From an uncultured Actinomycetes bacterium (GTDB taxonomy: Bacteria > Actinomycetota > Thermoleophilia > UBA2241): a DNA stretch of 64,000 nt. Where the stretch lies: contig CAVPVX010000007.1 of the NCBI GenBank assembly GCA_963709345.1, forward strand, positions 704,001-768,000, given 5' to 3'. The notes under the pieces are model-generated. The model had not been told where the DNA came from. It saw only the letters and a program-made list of their open reading frames with translations, and ran no database searches. Below are positions 49,284 through 59,395 of this stretch, piece after piece. The position numbers and the translations under genes were made by a program. How positions within the stretch are numbered: position 1 is the stretch's first letter; every line of letters starts with the position of its first letter.

Positions 49284-50020
49284 GAGGAACCTCCGGGCTC
49301 TGGTCGTCTGCCGCCGTCGAACCGCGGCGTGTGCTCGAGGAGCCCGGAGACGTCGAGACCCTGATGGAACGTGCCGACGTCCCGGCGCTCGAAGAGGCGG
49401 CCGCGGCCGGTGACGACCGCGGACTCGCCGCTGACGCGCAGCCACGCGCCCTCGTACAGCGCCAGCACGGCGCAGTCGTTCTCCTCGAGGAACTCCGCGA
49501 TCCGCTCTTCCCGGGTCTCTCCCATGAAGGTCGAAGACGGGTCGGCGTCGATGTAGTGGAGGTTGATCTGGAAGGGCACCAGGCCGAGCGCCGCGAAGCT
49601 CGGCGGCAGACAGATGGGCATGTCGTTGGTGGTGCGGATGGTCGGGCAGGCGACGTTCGTGCCGGCGGAGGCGCCGACGTAGCGCGTCGCGCCCTCACGA
49701 ACCCGGGCGCCGAGCTTGTCGATCACGCCGAGGCGATAGAGGGAGTCGAGCAGCCGGAAGGTGTTGCCACCGCCCATCAGTACGACTTCGGCTTCGAGGA
49801 TCGCCCGGTCCGGCGCGCCCGAGCGATGGGCGGACACCGCCTCGATGCCGATCGATGCGAGCGCCGCGCCGGCCCTGTCGGCGTAGTCGTCCCAGTCCGC
49901 GAGCGCGTACGGGATGAACGTGACCACAGCGCCGGCCGAGACGCCGACCAAGGCCTCGGCGGCATGGGAGAACATCGTGCCGCCGTGGTTGGTGGAGTTG
50001 GAGAGCAGGAGCAACTCCAT
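49280..50020 (-). CDS. pepE: Dipeptidase E (peptidase S51)
   Basis: LLLSNS, GGGNTF, GASAG, TIRTTNDMP and GETREERI. Confidence 0.95.
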   Translation of the reverse strand: MELLLLSNSTNHGGTMFSHAAEALVGVSAGAVVTFIPYALADWDDYADRAGAALASIGIEAVSAHRSGAPDRAILEAEVVLMGGGNTFRLLDSLYRLGVIDKLGARVREGATRYVGASAGTNVACPTIRTTNDMPICLPPSFAALGLVPFQINLHYIDADPSSTFMGETREERIAEFLEENDCAVLALYEGAWLRVSGESAVVTGRGRLFERRDVGTFHQGLDVSGLLEHTPRFDGGRRPEPGGSS

Positions 50021-50133
50021 GTGCGCCCTTCTGGTCGGCCGGCCCGTGAGGCGCTCATGAGCAAGCTGTTGACGGCGCGAGTGGGCTGGGCGGCCCTGCG
50101 GCTACCCAGCCCACGGCGTTCGCCGGAGAGCGT

Positions 50134-50337
50134 CTAGAGAGCGGTCACCTGCGTCGCCTCGGCCTTGCCCTTCTGGCCGGTGGCTTCCGTGAAGGACACG
50201 GCCTGACCCTCGGCGAGGTTCTTCACGCCGTCGCCCTGGATCTCGGAGATGTGGACGAACAGGTCGTCGCCGCTCTCACGCTCGATGAAGCCGTACCCTT
50301 TGTCTGCGTTGAACCACTTGACTTTGCCTTCTGCCAT
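50134..50337 (-). CDS. cspA: Cold-shock protein
   Basis: [15 protein letters not shown] and DLFVHIS. Confidence 0.95.
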   Translation of the reverse strand: MAEGKVKWFNADKGYGFIERESGDDLFVHISEIQGDGVKNLAEGQAVSFTEATGQKGKAEATQVTAL

Positions 50338-50466
50338 TTCAGTCTCATCCTCTCGCACCACCGGGGCACAAACACAAAAAGCGACCCGACCTTCACCGCC
50401 AGAGTGCGGTGTGTCACGTCGCATTCCCGCGAGCCGGGACGGCTCGCCTGAGTGAAGTATAGCCCT

Positions 50467-51375
50467 TTACCGCTCGCTCGGGCCGTCGGTCGCCGTTGAC
50501 CTCCGGAGAAAGCGCACGGCCTGGAGCGCCGCGACCTGGCCCTCGCCGACGGCCTTGGCCGTCTGGTAGGGCTCTCCCGTGCAGTCCCCCGCCGCGAAGA
50601 CCCCGGGCACGGCGGTCTCCATGTGCCTGCCGACGGTCACATGGCGACCGTCGGAGTCCAGGCCGTCGAGAAGGGTCCGGGGGGAGACGCCGTTGCGGTA
50701 GATGAACACGGCGTCGACCTCCAGATCCTCGGCGGGCAGCGTCACCACCATGCCGCCGTCGGCGCGCGCCAGCCGCGTCGGGCGCGCTCCGGTCAGCACG
50801 CGCACGCCCTCCGGAAGACGGTTGTCACCCTTGTACAGAGGCAGGTAGGTGACGTCGACCGCGTAGTCCTCCGCCAGCGCCGACGCTTCTTCCTCGCCCT
50901 CGGGGGCGTAGCTGATGAAGGCCGCGCGGCGCCCCGCGAACAGCCTGCCGTCGCAGGTGACGCAGTAACACACGCCCTGACCGACGAGCTCCTCTTCCCC
51001 CTCGATCTCGGCTTCGCGGTACACGCCGGTGGCGAGCACCACGGCGCGCGCGTGGTACATCTCGCGCTCGCTGAAGACGGCGAACCCGTCCGCGTCTGGG
51101 ACGATCTTCGAGGCCTTCTGCTCGATGAGCGGCACGTCGAACTCGGCGAGGTGACGCCGGAACGCCTCCGCCAGCTCCTCCCCGCTCGCGGCGGCGAACC
51201 CGAGGTAGTTGGCGACCGAGTGCGCCTTGCGGATCAGGCCCGACGGCGCCTGCCCGGCCATCACGGCCACGGTGCGCTTGCGGTTGGCCACGTTGACGGC
51301 GGCGGAGATGCCCGCCGGCCCCGATCCCACCACAATGACGTCGTACTTCACCGACTTGGCCGCGGAGTCTTCCAC
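50467..51375 (-). CDS. Thioredoxin-reductase-like FAD/NAD(P) oxidoreductase
   Basis: VVGSGPAG, YCVTCDG, GVFAAGD and KAVGEG. Confidence 0.88.
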   Translation of the reverse strand: MEDSAAKSVKYDVIVVGSGPAGISAAVNVANRKRTVAVMAGQAPSGLIRKAHSVANYLGFAAASGEELAEAFRRHLAEFDVPLIEQKASKIVPDADGFAVFSEREMYHARAVVLATGVYREAEIEGEEELVGQGVCYCVTCDGRLFAGRRAAFISYAPEGEEEASALAEDYAVDVTYLPLYKGDNRLPEGVRVLTGARPTRLARADGGMVVTLPAEDLEVDAVFIYRNGVSPRTLLDGLDSDGRHVTVGRHMETAVPGVFAAGDCTGEPYQTAKAVGEGQVAALQAVRFLRRSTATDGPSER

Positions 51376-51498
51376 CTCAGTCCCTTCGTTCAGTCGTCCC
51401 AGCCCGGTGGGCCGGAACTCGCCTCAACGAGAGACTCCCCCCGACGGCATCCCCGAAAACGGGTGCGCCGGGGAGAAGATGGCAGGCGGCCCGATGCG

Positions 51499-52038
51499 TC
51501 AGTGGCGAGGAGCGTCGTCGCCCAGGGCGCGGCGCAGGCTCTCCCGACGCTTGCTCAGCGCCTCGCGGTGCCCCTTGATCCCACGATCCGTACAGTCGAG
51601 AAGGCCGAGCGACGCCGCGCACTCGATCTCCTCCAGCGCCTCCGCCGGCAGCCCCGCGCGCTTGAGCAGGAGACTCAGACGGTCGAAGCCGAGCAGCAGG
51701 TCGCGGCGCACACCCTCGTGATCCAAGGGGTCGGCTGCCGCCTCCAGCACGCCGACGATCGCATCCCGATACAACGCCGCCGCGCGGGCGGGGTCGCTCT
51801 TCTCACACTCGCGGGCGTCGCTCATCAGCAGCGAGGCATCCTCAGAGACGGGCGCTGAGTGGTCGCCACGGCCGTCCCGGCCGGCGACCTGCCCGGCCAC
51901 ATTCGCGCCGCCCTGCGCGGCAGGCGCTTCGGTCACCGCCGAGGCCGTGCTCACCGGCGAGCCGACGCGCGTCCCGCACACCGTGCAGAAGGTCGCCGTT
52001 TCACCGATGGACAAGCCGCAGTGCTCGCACGCTCGCAT
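51499..52038 (-). CDS. Zinc-ribbon protein with TPR-like helices
   Basis: CEHCG..FCTVCG N-terminus; helical C-terminus. Confidence 0.7.
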   Translation of the reverse strand: MRACEHCGLSIGETATFCTVCGTRVGSPVSTASAVTEAPAAQGGANVAGQVAGRDGRGDHSAPVSEDASLLMSDARECEKSDPARAAALYRDAIVGVLEAAADPLDHEGVRRDLLLGFDRLSLLLKRAGLPAEALEEIECAASLGLLDCTDRGIKGHREALSKRRESLRRALGDDAPRH

Positions 52039-52164
52039 CGCCCCTCCCCGACCGTGTCGCTCCTGCCTACTATCGGCAGAAAACAGGCAAGCCGTAGCAC
52101 GCGGCCGATCCCGCCGCTCGCGCCCGCAAGCTCCTCCGCCCGGCGCCGGCCCGGCGGCAACGCC

Positions 52165-52863
52165 TCAGCCTTCGCCGGCGCCCCAGAAGGGCGCGTGGCG
52201 CCGGCGGCAGAACTCGCGGTAGTCGCCGAGGAACTCGAAGTCGGCGTAGTCGATGCTCGCGACGCGGCCGCGGTGCAGCACGAGCTGCGGGTTCGCCTCG
52301 TTGAGCTGTGAGACGAGCGCGGCCTCGGCTGCGCTCAGTGGGCCCAGCACGGCGCCGAGGTGGAGCGCCCACACGGATGAGGCGTCCGGCTCGAACTCGG
52401 GCGGCAGGAAGATGTTGTCGAAGACCGCCGCGCCGCCCTCGTACCGGTACTCCGCCTGCGCGGAACCGTCGGCGGCCGTGGCCGGCGCGACCGGGATCAC
52501 CGTGTGCGAGAGCAACCAGTTCGAGACCGACGACACGTGCCGCGAGTGCCCCGGCAGCGACTCGGCGGCGAGCTGCCAGTGGTAACCGGAGGCGTTGCAG
52601 CGCAGCACGTGCTCGCGCTCGATGGTCGCCTCCGCGCCCGCCTGCGCCATCCAGCCGGTGAAGTCGGCCAAGCCGTGGAACGGCGTGTCCGTGGCTTCGA
52701 AGATGGCGAGCACCGGCGCGTAGTCGGCGACCTCGTCCGGCGCGAGGCCGCGCAGGTACTCGAACACGCGCCGCTCCTCCTCCGCCGTCACCGGGCAGGG
52801 GCAGCTCAGCACGATCCTGAGCGCCAGCTCGAGCGCCTCGCCTCTGATCCTCATCCTCGTCAC
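52165..52863 (-). CDS. Hypothetical protein
   Basis: GGAG RBS; high-GC codon usage; no family recognised. Confidence 0.65.
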   Translation of the reverse strand: MTRMRIRGEALELALRIVLSCPCPVTAEEERRVFEYLRGLAPDEVADYAPVLAIFEATDTPFHGLADFTGWMAQAGAEATIEREHVLRCNASGYHWQLAAESLPGHSRHVSSVSNWLLSHTVIPVAPATAADGSAQAEYRYEGGAAVFDNIFLPPEFEPDASSVWALHLGAVLGPLSAAEAALVSQLNEANPQLVLHRGRVASIDYADFEFLGDYREFCRRRHAPFWGAGEG

Positions 52864-53140
52864 TCTCCAGTCTCTGTGGCCGGCGCGTCGGCGCCGCGAT
52901 GATCGATCGTCGAGAGCGCGTCCACCGGCATCGGAACCGGGGAGTGGCGGATGCGCTCGATGGTCGCGGCTCTCACGCGGAGCCTGCCCCGGGGGCGTCG
53001 GCAGGACGGGGCCGAACGGGGTGATCGGCGACCGCCGCCAGGAGCGTGCGGCGGGAGGCGCTCACCGGCGGCGCCGGTCGCGGGTCGCCGTGCGCGGCTT
53101 GGTCATCGCAGCGGCGCAGAAGAACACCTTGACCTACGCG

Positions 53141-53449
53141 TCAGCCCCGACCGCGCCGCCCACCCCGCTTGTCGCTGCCGCCGGCGACGGAGGCCGTATA
53201 CGGCAGCAACGCCATCTCGCGGGCCACCTTGATGGCCGTCGCGACCTGGCGCTGGTGGCGCCGGCAAGCGCCGGTGACGCGGCGGGTCTTGATCTTGCCG
53301 CGATCGCTCACGAAGCGGCGAAGGGCCGCCACGTCCTTGTAGTCGACCTCGTCGACTTTGTCCTTACAGAACGAGCAGTAGCGACGACGTGCGGGGTCGA
53401 TGGGACGACCTTTCCTGGGCGTCCGTGGTTGAGCTTTGCTCTTCGGCAT
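53141..53449 (-). CDS. rpsR: 30S ribosomal protein S18 (Zn-binding form)
   Basis: [35 protein letters not shown]. Confidence 0.96.
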   Translation of the reverse strand: MPKSKAQPRTPRKGRPIDPARRRYCSFCKDKVDEVDYKDVAALRRFVSDRGKIKTRRVTGACRRHQRQVATAIKVAREMALLPYTASVAGGSDKRGGRRGRG

Positions 53450-53580
53450 TCATTTCCCTTCTAAGGCCGTGCCTGCGTGTCTGCGCTCTCCGAACAGCGC
53501 AGACACGAGACTATCACCTGCATCCGACTGACTCACGCCGCGTAGCCTATCGTCTCCCGTCGTGATCCCGTCGTTGTCAG

Positions 53581-53700
53581 GCGCCTCGTCGGCCGACTGT
53601 CGGCGGTCTTGCCGATTCGGAAGAGACGCGAAACGCGACGCCGCGGAGGTGCACTGTGCAGCAGCACAGTGGTGCCCGCGGCTGGAATCGAACCAGCGAC
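53581..53700 (-). repeat. att-like repeat: tRNA-Arg 3' fragment (53670-53700) plus downstream flank, homologous to about 61841-61964
   Basis: TGGTGCCCGCGGCTGGAATCGAACCAGCGAC has 2 mismatches to the tRNA end; the flank TGTCGGC(G/A)GTCTTGCCGATTCGGAAG and GCACTGTGCAGCA is shared. Confidence 0.85.
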
Positions 53701-54041
53701 CACGGTCAGGAGGCTGTCCGCATCCGACTTCCAGAGTCGCGCGACCCCCGTGTAGACCAAGGCGAGGCTCTCCCACCCTGTGAACTCGTGCGCACGTTCC
53801 TTTCTTTGCAGTCTCTGCAAGCGCACCGATCACGGCCGGTGACAGACGGCCTCTGGCGAGCTGCCGCTGGCCTCGGGGCTCACACGGCACCGTACCCCTG
53901 GTCACCGACCTACCGTCTGAGGCCTTTGCTCGTTGCGGTCCCCCGCAGAAGCGACAGCACCATGTCTACGAATCGCGACCAGTCACCGGGCCCATCGAGA
54001 AAGACGGCGTGGTCACCACCGAACGTGCCGGTCGGCCGACC

Positions 54042-54821
54042 TCAGCCGACGGCTCCGGATGTCTCAGGAAGCGTGCTGCCGCCGTCGATGAAGAACGCCT
54101 GCCCGGTGACGTACTCCGCCTCGTCGGAGGCCAGGTAGGCAGCCAGATGACCGATCTCCTCGGGCCGGCCGAGCCGGCCCATGGGGATCGTCGCGGCCAT
54201 GAGATCGACGGTCGCCTGGACGGCCTCGGGCGACGTGCCGTGCGCGAGACTCTCGACCATGGGCGTGCGGAAGACGCCGGGGCAGATCATGTTCACATTG
54301 ATGCGCGCGCCAGCGAACTCCACGGCCAGCGCCTTGGTGAATCCCCAGATCCCCGCCTTCGTCAGGCCGTAGGCCGTCTCGCCCGGGTCCGCCACCTGGG
54401 TCCCCGTGACCGAGGAGAGATTGACGATCTTCCCGCACTGGTGCTTCAGCATGTGCGGCAGCACGGCCTGACAGCAGTTCCACGTGCCCTTGAGGTTCGT
54501 GTCGATGTGCAGGTCCCTGATCTCGTCGGACATCTCGAGGAAGGGCACGACGCGCAGGATGCCCGCGTTGTTGACGAGGATGTCGACGCGGCCGAACTGG
54601 GTCACGACGTCGTCGACCGCCGCGCGCAAGGCTACGCCGTCTCTGATGTCCACGATGAATGCGGCGGCGCCTCCGACTTCTCGCGTCGCTGCGAGAACCT
54701 CGTCGTCGACGTCGAACAGACTGACCGCCGCGCCTTCGCGTGCCAGGATCCGCGCGATGCCCAGCCCGATGCCCATCGCGGCGCCCGTGACGATGGCGGT
54801 CTTGTTCTCAAGCCTCCCCAT
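54042..54821 (-). CDS. ucpA: SDR oxidoreductase UcpA-like
   Basis: TGAAMGIG, NNAG, SSVTG..ADPGETAYGLTK and IDGGSTLPET. Confidence 0.85.
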   Translation of the reverse strand: MGRLENKTAIVTGAAMGIGLGIARILAREGAAVSLFDVDDEVLAATREVGGAAAFIVDIRDGVALRAAVDDVVTQFGRVDILVNNAGILRVVPFLEMSDEIRDLHIDTNLKGTWNCCQAVLPHMLKHQCGKIVNLSSVTGTQVADPGETAYGLTKAGIWGFTKALAVEFAGARINVNMICPGVFRTPMVESLAHGTSPEAVQATVDLMAATIPMGRLGRPEEIGHLAAYLASDEAEYVTGQAFFIDGGSTLPETSGAVG

Positions 54822-55308
54822 GATCAACACTCCCCGCCCGGCCTAAGCGGATGGTCCACATATCCCACGCTCCGCCTTCCCATTCGACCTGCCGTTCAAG
54901 CTTCATCCCGAGGCGCGCCGCCACTCGCCTGGAGCGCTCGTTCTGCGTCTTGATGAGCGCGCACAACCGGCGCAACCCGAGGCTTGTCGAATGGGCGAGG
55001 ACGCCTTGCGCGGCTTCTGTCGCGTACCCATTCCCCCACATGTCACTGCGCAAGTCCCAGTTGAGTTCCGGCAGCCTCTCGCCTTCGATCTCTCTCATCA
55101 CCAAGCCGCAATCCCCGATGACGCGCCCGGTCGACCTCAGTACGACGGCGCACTCACCCATCCCGTCGCTGCGGTAGCGCCGTAGCGCGTCCTCCAGCCA
55201 CATCCCTGCCTGCTCCCGCGTCATGGTGTCGGGTTCAGTCCACATGACCTGTGGATCGCCGAAGACCTCGGCGATCTCGTCGAGATCGCCCATTCTGAAC
55301 CCGCGCAC
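54808..55308 (-). CDS. RimJ/RimL-type GNAT acetyltransferase
   Basis: IGDCGL, WGNGYATEAA and NERSRRVAARLGM; true start probably a little upstream (IETARVTVR). Confidence 0.85.
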   Translation of the reverse strand: MRGFRMGDLDEIAEVFGDPQVMWTEPDTMTREQAGMWLEDALRRYRSDGMGECAVVLRSTGRVIGDCGLVMREIEGERLPELNWDLRSDMWGNGYATEAAQGVLAHSTSLGLRRLCALIKTQNERSRRVAARLGMKLERQVEWEGGAWDMWTIRLGRAGSVDHGEA

Positions 55309-55830
55309 GGTGACGCGGGCCGTCTCTATGCAAGAATCCGCGGTCAGAACGGCTTGCGCCGGCAGGTCGGCGTTCTGCTTCCAGTTGGAATCGATATCGG
55401 CTTCGCCTCCAGTCGACTCGTCGTCGCTGCCAAGGCAGACGACATCGCCCCGACGTCCGCATCAGGCCCGCAGGAAAGGGCTCCCACGACGGTTCTGCGG
55501 CGCCCCCTCGGCCGGCGCCTCGAAGAAGGCCATCGGTCGGTCGAAACATGCGGCGCCACCGGAGTCTGAGCCTAGCGGATGCATCCGCGGGAGCGCAATA
55601 CCATGCCTGCGCAACACGAAGCCGACACTGGTCTTGATGACGTGCGCCAGCCAGGACGACTCAAGGTGAAGCGCCTTCGGTTCCGCCGTCGACTTGGGGC
55701 CGGCGCCCGAGGAAGTCGCCATGCGGGGCCCAAGCCAGGCGGCCGGCACTCATGTTCATCGCGGTCTTGAACGGACACGCAGCGGGCATACCGAGGAGAC
55801 GCCACTGCCACCAAACAGGAAGGAGCCATC

Positions 55831-56412
55831 GTGAAGAAGTCGCTCGGAGCTGAGACCCTGCTCTACCCCACGCCCGTGATGGTGGTCGGCAGCTACGATA
55901 CCGAGGGGCGGGCGAACGTGATGACGGCCGCCTGGGGCGGCGTCGCCTGCTCCAAGCCGCCCTGCCTCTGCATCTCTCTGCGGGCGGCGACTGCCAGCCA
56001 CGCGAACATCATGGCGCGCAAAGCGTTCACGATCAGCCTGCCGAGCCGCATCCAGGCAGCCGAGGCCGACTACTTCGGGATCGTTTCGGGACGCAAGGTC
56101 GACAAGTTCGCTGCCACGGGCCTCACGGCTGTGGACGGCGAGTTCGTCGATGCGCCCTACGTGGCCGAGTTTCCGCTCAACATCGAGTGCGAGCTCAGCG
56201 AAGTGCACGAGCTCGGCCTGCACACCCAATTCATCGGCCTCGTCAAGGACGTCAAGGTCGAGGAGAGCTGCCAGGACGCAGAGGGGCGTCTCGATGTGCG
56301 CAGACTCGATCCCATCGCCTTCGGTATTCCGGAAAGCTACTTCGCGCTGGGCGAGCTGCTCGGCCCGGCCTACTCGATCGGCAAGGTCTTCAAGGCCACC
56401 ACGGGCGGCTGA
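55831..56412 (+). CDS. Flavin reductase (flavoredoxin-like) family protein
   Basis: YPTPVMVVG, NVMTAAWGG, ADYFGIVSGR..DKF and HTQFIG. Confidence 0.9.
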   Translation: MKKSLGAETLLYPTPVMVVGSYDTEGRANVMTAAWGGVACSKPPCLCISLRAATASHANIMARKAFTISLPSRIQAAEADYFGIVSGRKVDKFAATGLTAVDGEFVDAPYVAEFPLNIECELSEVHELGLHTQFIGLVKDVKVEESCQDAEGRLDVRRLDPIAFGIPESYFALGELLGPAYSIGKVFKATTGG

Positions 56413-56574
56413 GCACCAGCGCACGTCGCCCGAGACGATGCGAGCATCTGAACGGTAGAGGCCACGGGGTCGACCACTCATCGCGAGGCGGCGGGCGCAG
56501 TATGCGGCGGTCAGGGGTATAGGCTGACTTGTCACGCATCCGTGCGTCGCGCACCGTTACGACAGGGAGGCCTC

Positions 56575-57516
56575 GTGGCACACACAGACATCTTCCCAGG
56601 CCAATGGCAGCCGCAGGTGGTACTCATGGCGGCGCTCGAGGTCGGTCTCATCGAAGCGCTCCTCGACCGGCCCTGGCCGCCGGCGGAGCTGGCGAAGGAG
56701 CTCGCTCTGGACGAGCGCGCCACGCTCCGCGTGACCGCTGCCCTCGTCGATGCCGGCTACCTCGAACAGCACAGCGATGGCGTGGTCGTGGCGCCTGAGG
56801 TTCGCGCTCTCCTGGATCCCGGTGACGACGCCTTCGTCGGCGACCGGCTGCTGCACGTCCACGGCCTGCTCGAGCGTTGGGCGCAGCTACCCGAGGTCCT
56901 GCGCTACGGCCGTCCGGCGCGCTCTGAGAGCACACCGGAGTCCCTGGTGGCGTTCATCGGCTCCATGCGCGTCGGAGCTCGCGATCGCGCCAAGCCGCTG
57001 GCCGACCTTCTCGCGACACTGTTCCCGGGCACCAAGACCGTGCTCGACATCGGCGGTGGACCGGGCACGCAGGCGCTTGCCTTCCGAGGGCACGGCTGGG
57101 AGGTGACGGTGCTCGACTTCCCCGAGGTGATCGACCTCATGGCAGAGGACCTCGGGCAGGCCGGCATCGCCGCCATCAAGGCTGACGCGACGCAAGGCGT
57201 GCCCGCCGGGGACTTCGACCTCGTCCACTGCGGCAACCTCTTCCACTCCATGTCGCGCGAGGAATGTGCATTCGTCGCAGGTGGCGCCGCCACCGCCCTC
57301 GCTCCCGGCGGCGCCCTGGCCATCTTCGATTTTCTCCGTGGCAGGGGGCTGCGTTCGTCGCTCTTCGCGGTGAACATGCTCGTGGCCACGAGCGCCGGGG
57401 ACGTCTACGCCGAGGAGGACTACCGGCGCTGGTGCGAGGCTGCCGGACTTCGGGACTTCGCTGTGCGCGAGGTGGACGGGCAATCGCAGTGCCTGCTCAC
57501 CGCCACCAAGCCCTGA
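56575..57516 (+). CDS. SAM-dependent O-methyltransferase (family 2, with dimerisation HTH)
   Basis: AALEVGLIEAL, VLDIGGGPG and GNLFH; GGGAGG RBS. Confidence 0.88.
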   Translation: MAHTDIFPGQWQPQVVLMAALEVGLIEALLDRPWPPAELAKELALDERATLRVTAALVDAGYLEQHSDGVVVAPEVRALLDPGDDAFVGDRLLHVHGLLERWAQLPEVLRYGRPARSESTPESLVAFIGSMRVGARDRAKPLADLLATLFPGTKTVLDIGGGPGTQALAFRGHGWEVTVLDFPEVIDLMAEDLGQAGIAAIKADATQGVPAGDFDLVHCGNLFHSMSREECAFVAGGAATALAPGGALAIFDFLRGRGLRSSLFAVNMLVATSAGDVYAEEDYRRWCEAAGLRDFAVREVDGQSQCLLTATKP

Positions 57517-57708
57517 CGCGCAGGTGCGTACGGCGAACGAAGGTCGCAGACAGACCTGCAGCAACGTCGCAAGAGACCGCGCGGCGCGGCGCTCCTTCGC
57601 GACGGGACGGCTGGCACACAGGCCACGCGAACCTGGTGGGGCGCGGAATACGCCGCACAGGGCCTTCGCGCCGACGGCCTGCCGCCGCGGCAGCGATGTT
57701 CGCCGGAC

Positions 57709-58923
57709 TCAACTCTCCGGTGGCCGGCCACCCGGCCGCGGCGCCGATCCCGGCCGCTCCCGGTAGGGCGCGAGGTCGCCGCCGGCGCGGCGCAGCGCCC
57801 GGGAACCGTACCGCGCTCGCACGGCGTCGATGGCCTCGTCGCAGGCGCGCTCACGCCCCGAGTCGCCGAGGCCGAGCTCGAGGGCCTCGCCGCAGAGGCC
57901 GCTGAGCGTGATGCCGACGAGGCGCAGGGGTCGACCGGGCACGTGCAGCTCGCCCAGCAGAGCGAGGGCCGCGTCGTAGATCACGGTGGTGGTACTCGTG
58001 GGCCTGGCCAGGGTGCACTGCCGGCTCCGCGTTCGGAACGACTGATCGCGCAGCTTCAGGGTCAGCGTGCGGCAGGCGTAGCCCTCCCGGCGCAGCTCAC
58101 TCGACGTGCGGTCGGCGAGGTCGAGCACCGTCGCCGCCAGCAGCTCGGGGTCGGCGGTGTCGGCGGCAAAGGTCACCTCGTGGCCGAGTGACTTGGGCGC
58201 CGCGCGTGCGGCGTGCACGGCCTCGTCGCTGCCCCCGAAGGCAAGGTCCTTGAGAGAGGCGGCGGCCCCGGCGCTGAATGCGCTCTCGAGCAGAGACGGT
58301 TCGGCGTCCTGCAGCCGGCCGATCGTGCTGATGCCAAGGGAGCCGAGGCGCCGGGCGGTCACCGGGCCGATGCCCGAGACCGCACCGACCAGCATCGTGC
58401 GCAGGCGGCCGCGCACGTCCGCCTCGGTGAGCGTCGTGAGGCCGGCGGGCTTCTCCAGTTCGGCGGCCAGCTTGGCCAGCGTGCGCGTGGGGCCGATGCC
58501 GATCGAGCAGGAGAGGCCGAGCTCAGCGCGCGTGAGGGCCTGGACCCTCGCGGCGATCACTTGCGGGGAGCCGAAGAGGCGGCGTGAGCCGGTCACGTCC
58601 AGGAAGGCCTCGTCTATGGAGACCGGCTCGACGAGGTCGGTGAAGCGCCCGTAGAGCGCGAGCAGCTGCGCTTGCGCCGCCTTGTAGGCAGCCATGTCGA
58701 CGGGCAGGAAGACGGCCTGCGGGCAAAGGCGCAGGGCCCTTGCCATCGGCATCGCCGTGCGCACGCCGCAGGTGCGGGCTTCGTAGGAGCAGGTGCTCAC
58801 CACGCCGCGGCTCTCGGCGGAGCCGCCGACGACCACCGGGCGCCCGACGAGTTCGGGCCGGCGCGCCTGCTCCACCGAGGCGAAGAAGGCGTCCATGTCG
58901 ATGAGCAGGAGAGAGCGGGTCAT
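57709..58923 (-). CDS. dinB: DNA polymerase IV
   Basis: IDMDAFFASVE, CSYEAR, SIDEAFLD and LAKLAA. Confidence 0.95.
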   Translation of the reverse strand: MTRSLLLIDMDAFFASVEQARRPELVGRPVVVGGSAESRGVVSTCSYEARTCGVRTAMPMARALRLCPQAVFLPVDMAAYKAAQAQLLALYGRFTDLVEPVSIDEAFLDVTGSRRLFGSPQVIAARVQALTRAELGLSCSIGIGPTRTLAKLAAELEKPAGLTTLTEADVRGRLRTMLVGAVSGIGPVTARRLGSLGISTIGRLQDAEPSLLESAFSAGAAASLKDLAFGGSDEAVHAARAAPKSLGHEVTFAADTADPELLAATVLDLADRTSSELRREGYACRTLTLKLRDQSFRTRSRQCTLARPTSTTTVIYDAALALLGELHVPGRPLRLVGITLSGLCGEALELGLGDSGRERACDEAIDAVRARYGSRALRRAGGDLAPYRERPGSAPRPGGRPPES

Positions 58924-59206
58924 TGACGCTCATCCTGATGCGCGCGGCCGGCCGTGTCGAGAGGGCCTGCAGCGCACAGGTCATCCAGCTATCTCCCGCC
59001 ACAAAGCACCGCGCCTACGCAGCGACTTCACGACGGCCGCCGACCGGCCGCCGACGCAGCAGTCATGAGCTTCCTCACCAGTGCGAGGCGTTCACGGCGC
59101 TTGAGAGCCTCGGCGTGTCGTCAAATGGCTTCACGCCGACTGCCTGCAGCCCTTGTCGCTGGTAGGCTGCAGGGATTCGAGGCCGCCAGGACCGCCAACG
59201 GGGAGG

Positions 59207-59395
59207 ATGAACGACGTGGAACCACTGCAGGTGACGTTGCGACGCGCCAAGGAGACCAAGAACACCGTGCGCTACGAGGAGCCGGAGAGCGATCAGCCTC
59301 AGGTGATCGGCACACTGTACATGCAGAAGTGGGCTGTGCACCGCCTCGAGGACCCAGAGACGATCGCGGTCACCGTTACCCCTACCCAGGAATGA
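59207..59395 (+). CDS. Small beta-rich hypothetical protein (62 aa)
   Basis: GGGAGG RBS; KETKNTVRYEE..IGTLYMQK; ATGA-coupled to the next gene. Confidence 0.7.
   Translation: MNDVEPLQVTLRRAKETKNTVRYEEPESDQPQVIGTLYMQKWAVHRLEDPETIAVTVTPTQE

Noticed and set aside
52069-52097. sigma28-like promoter before the zinc-ribbon gene
   Set aside because: GCCGATAG is present but the -35 (CTAC) is a poor match; left uncalled
53670-53760. Second complete tRNA gene
   Set aside because: Similarity covers only the T-arm and acceptor end (31 nt); no anticodon or D-arm
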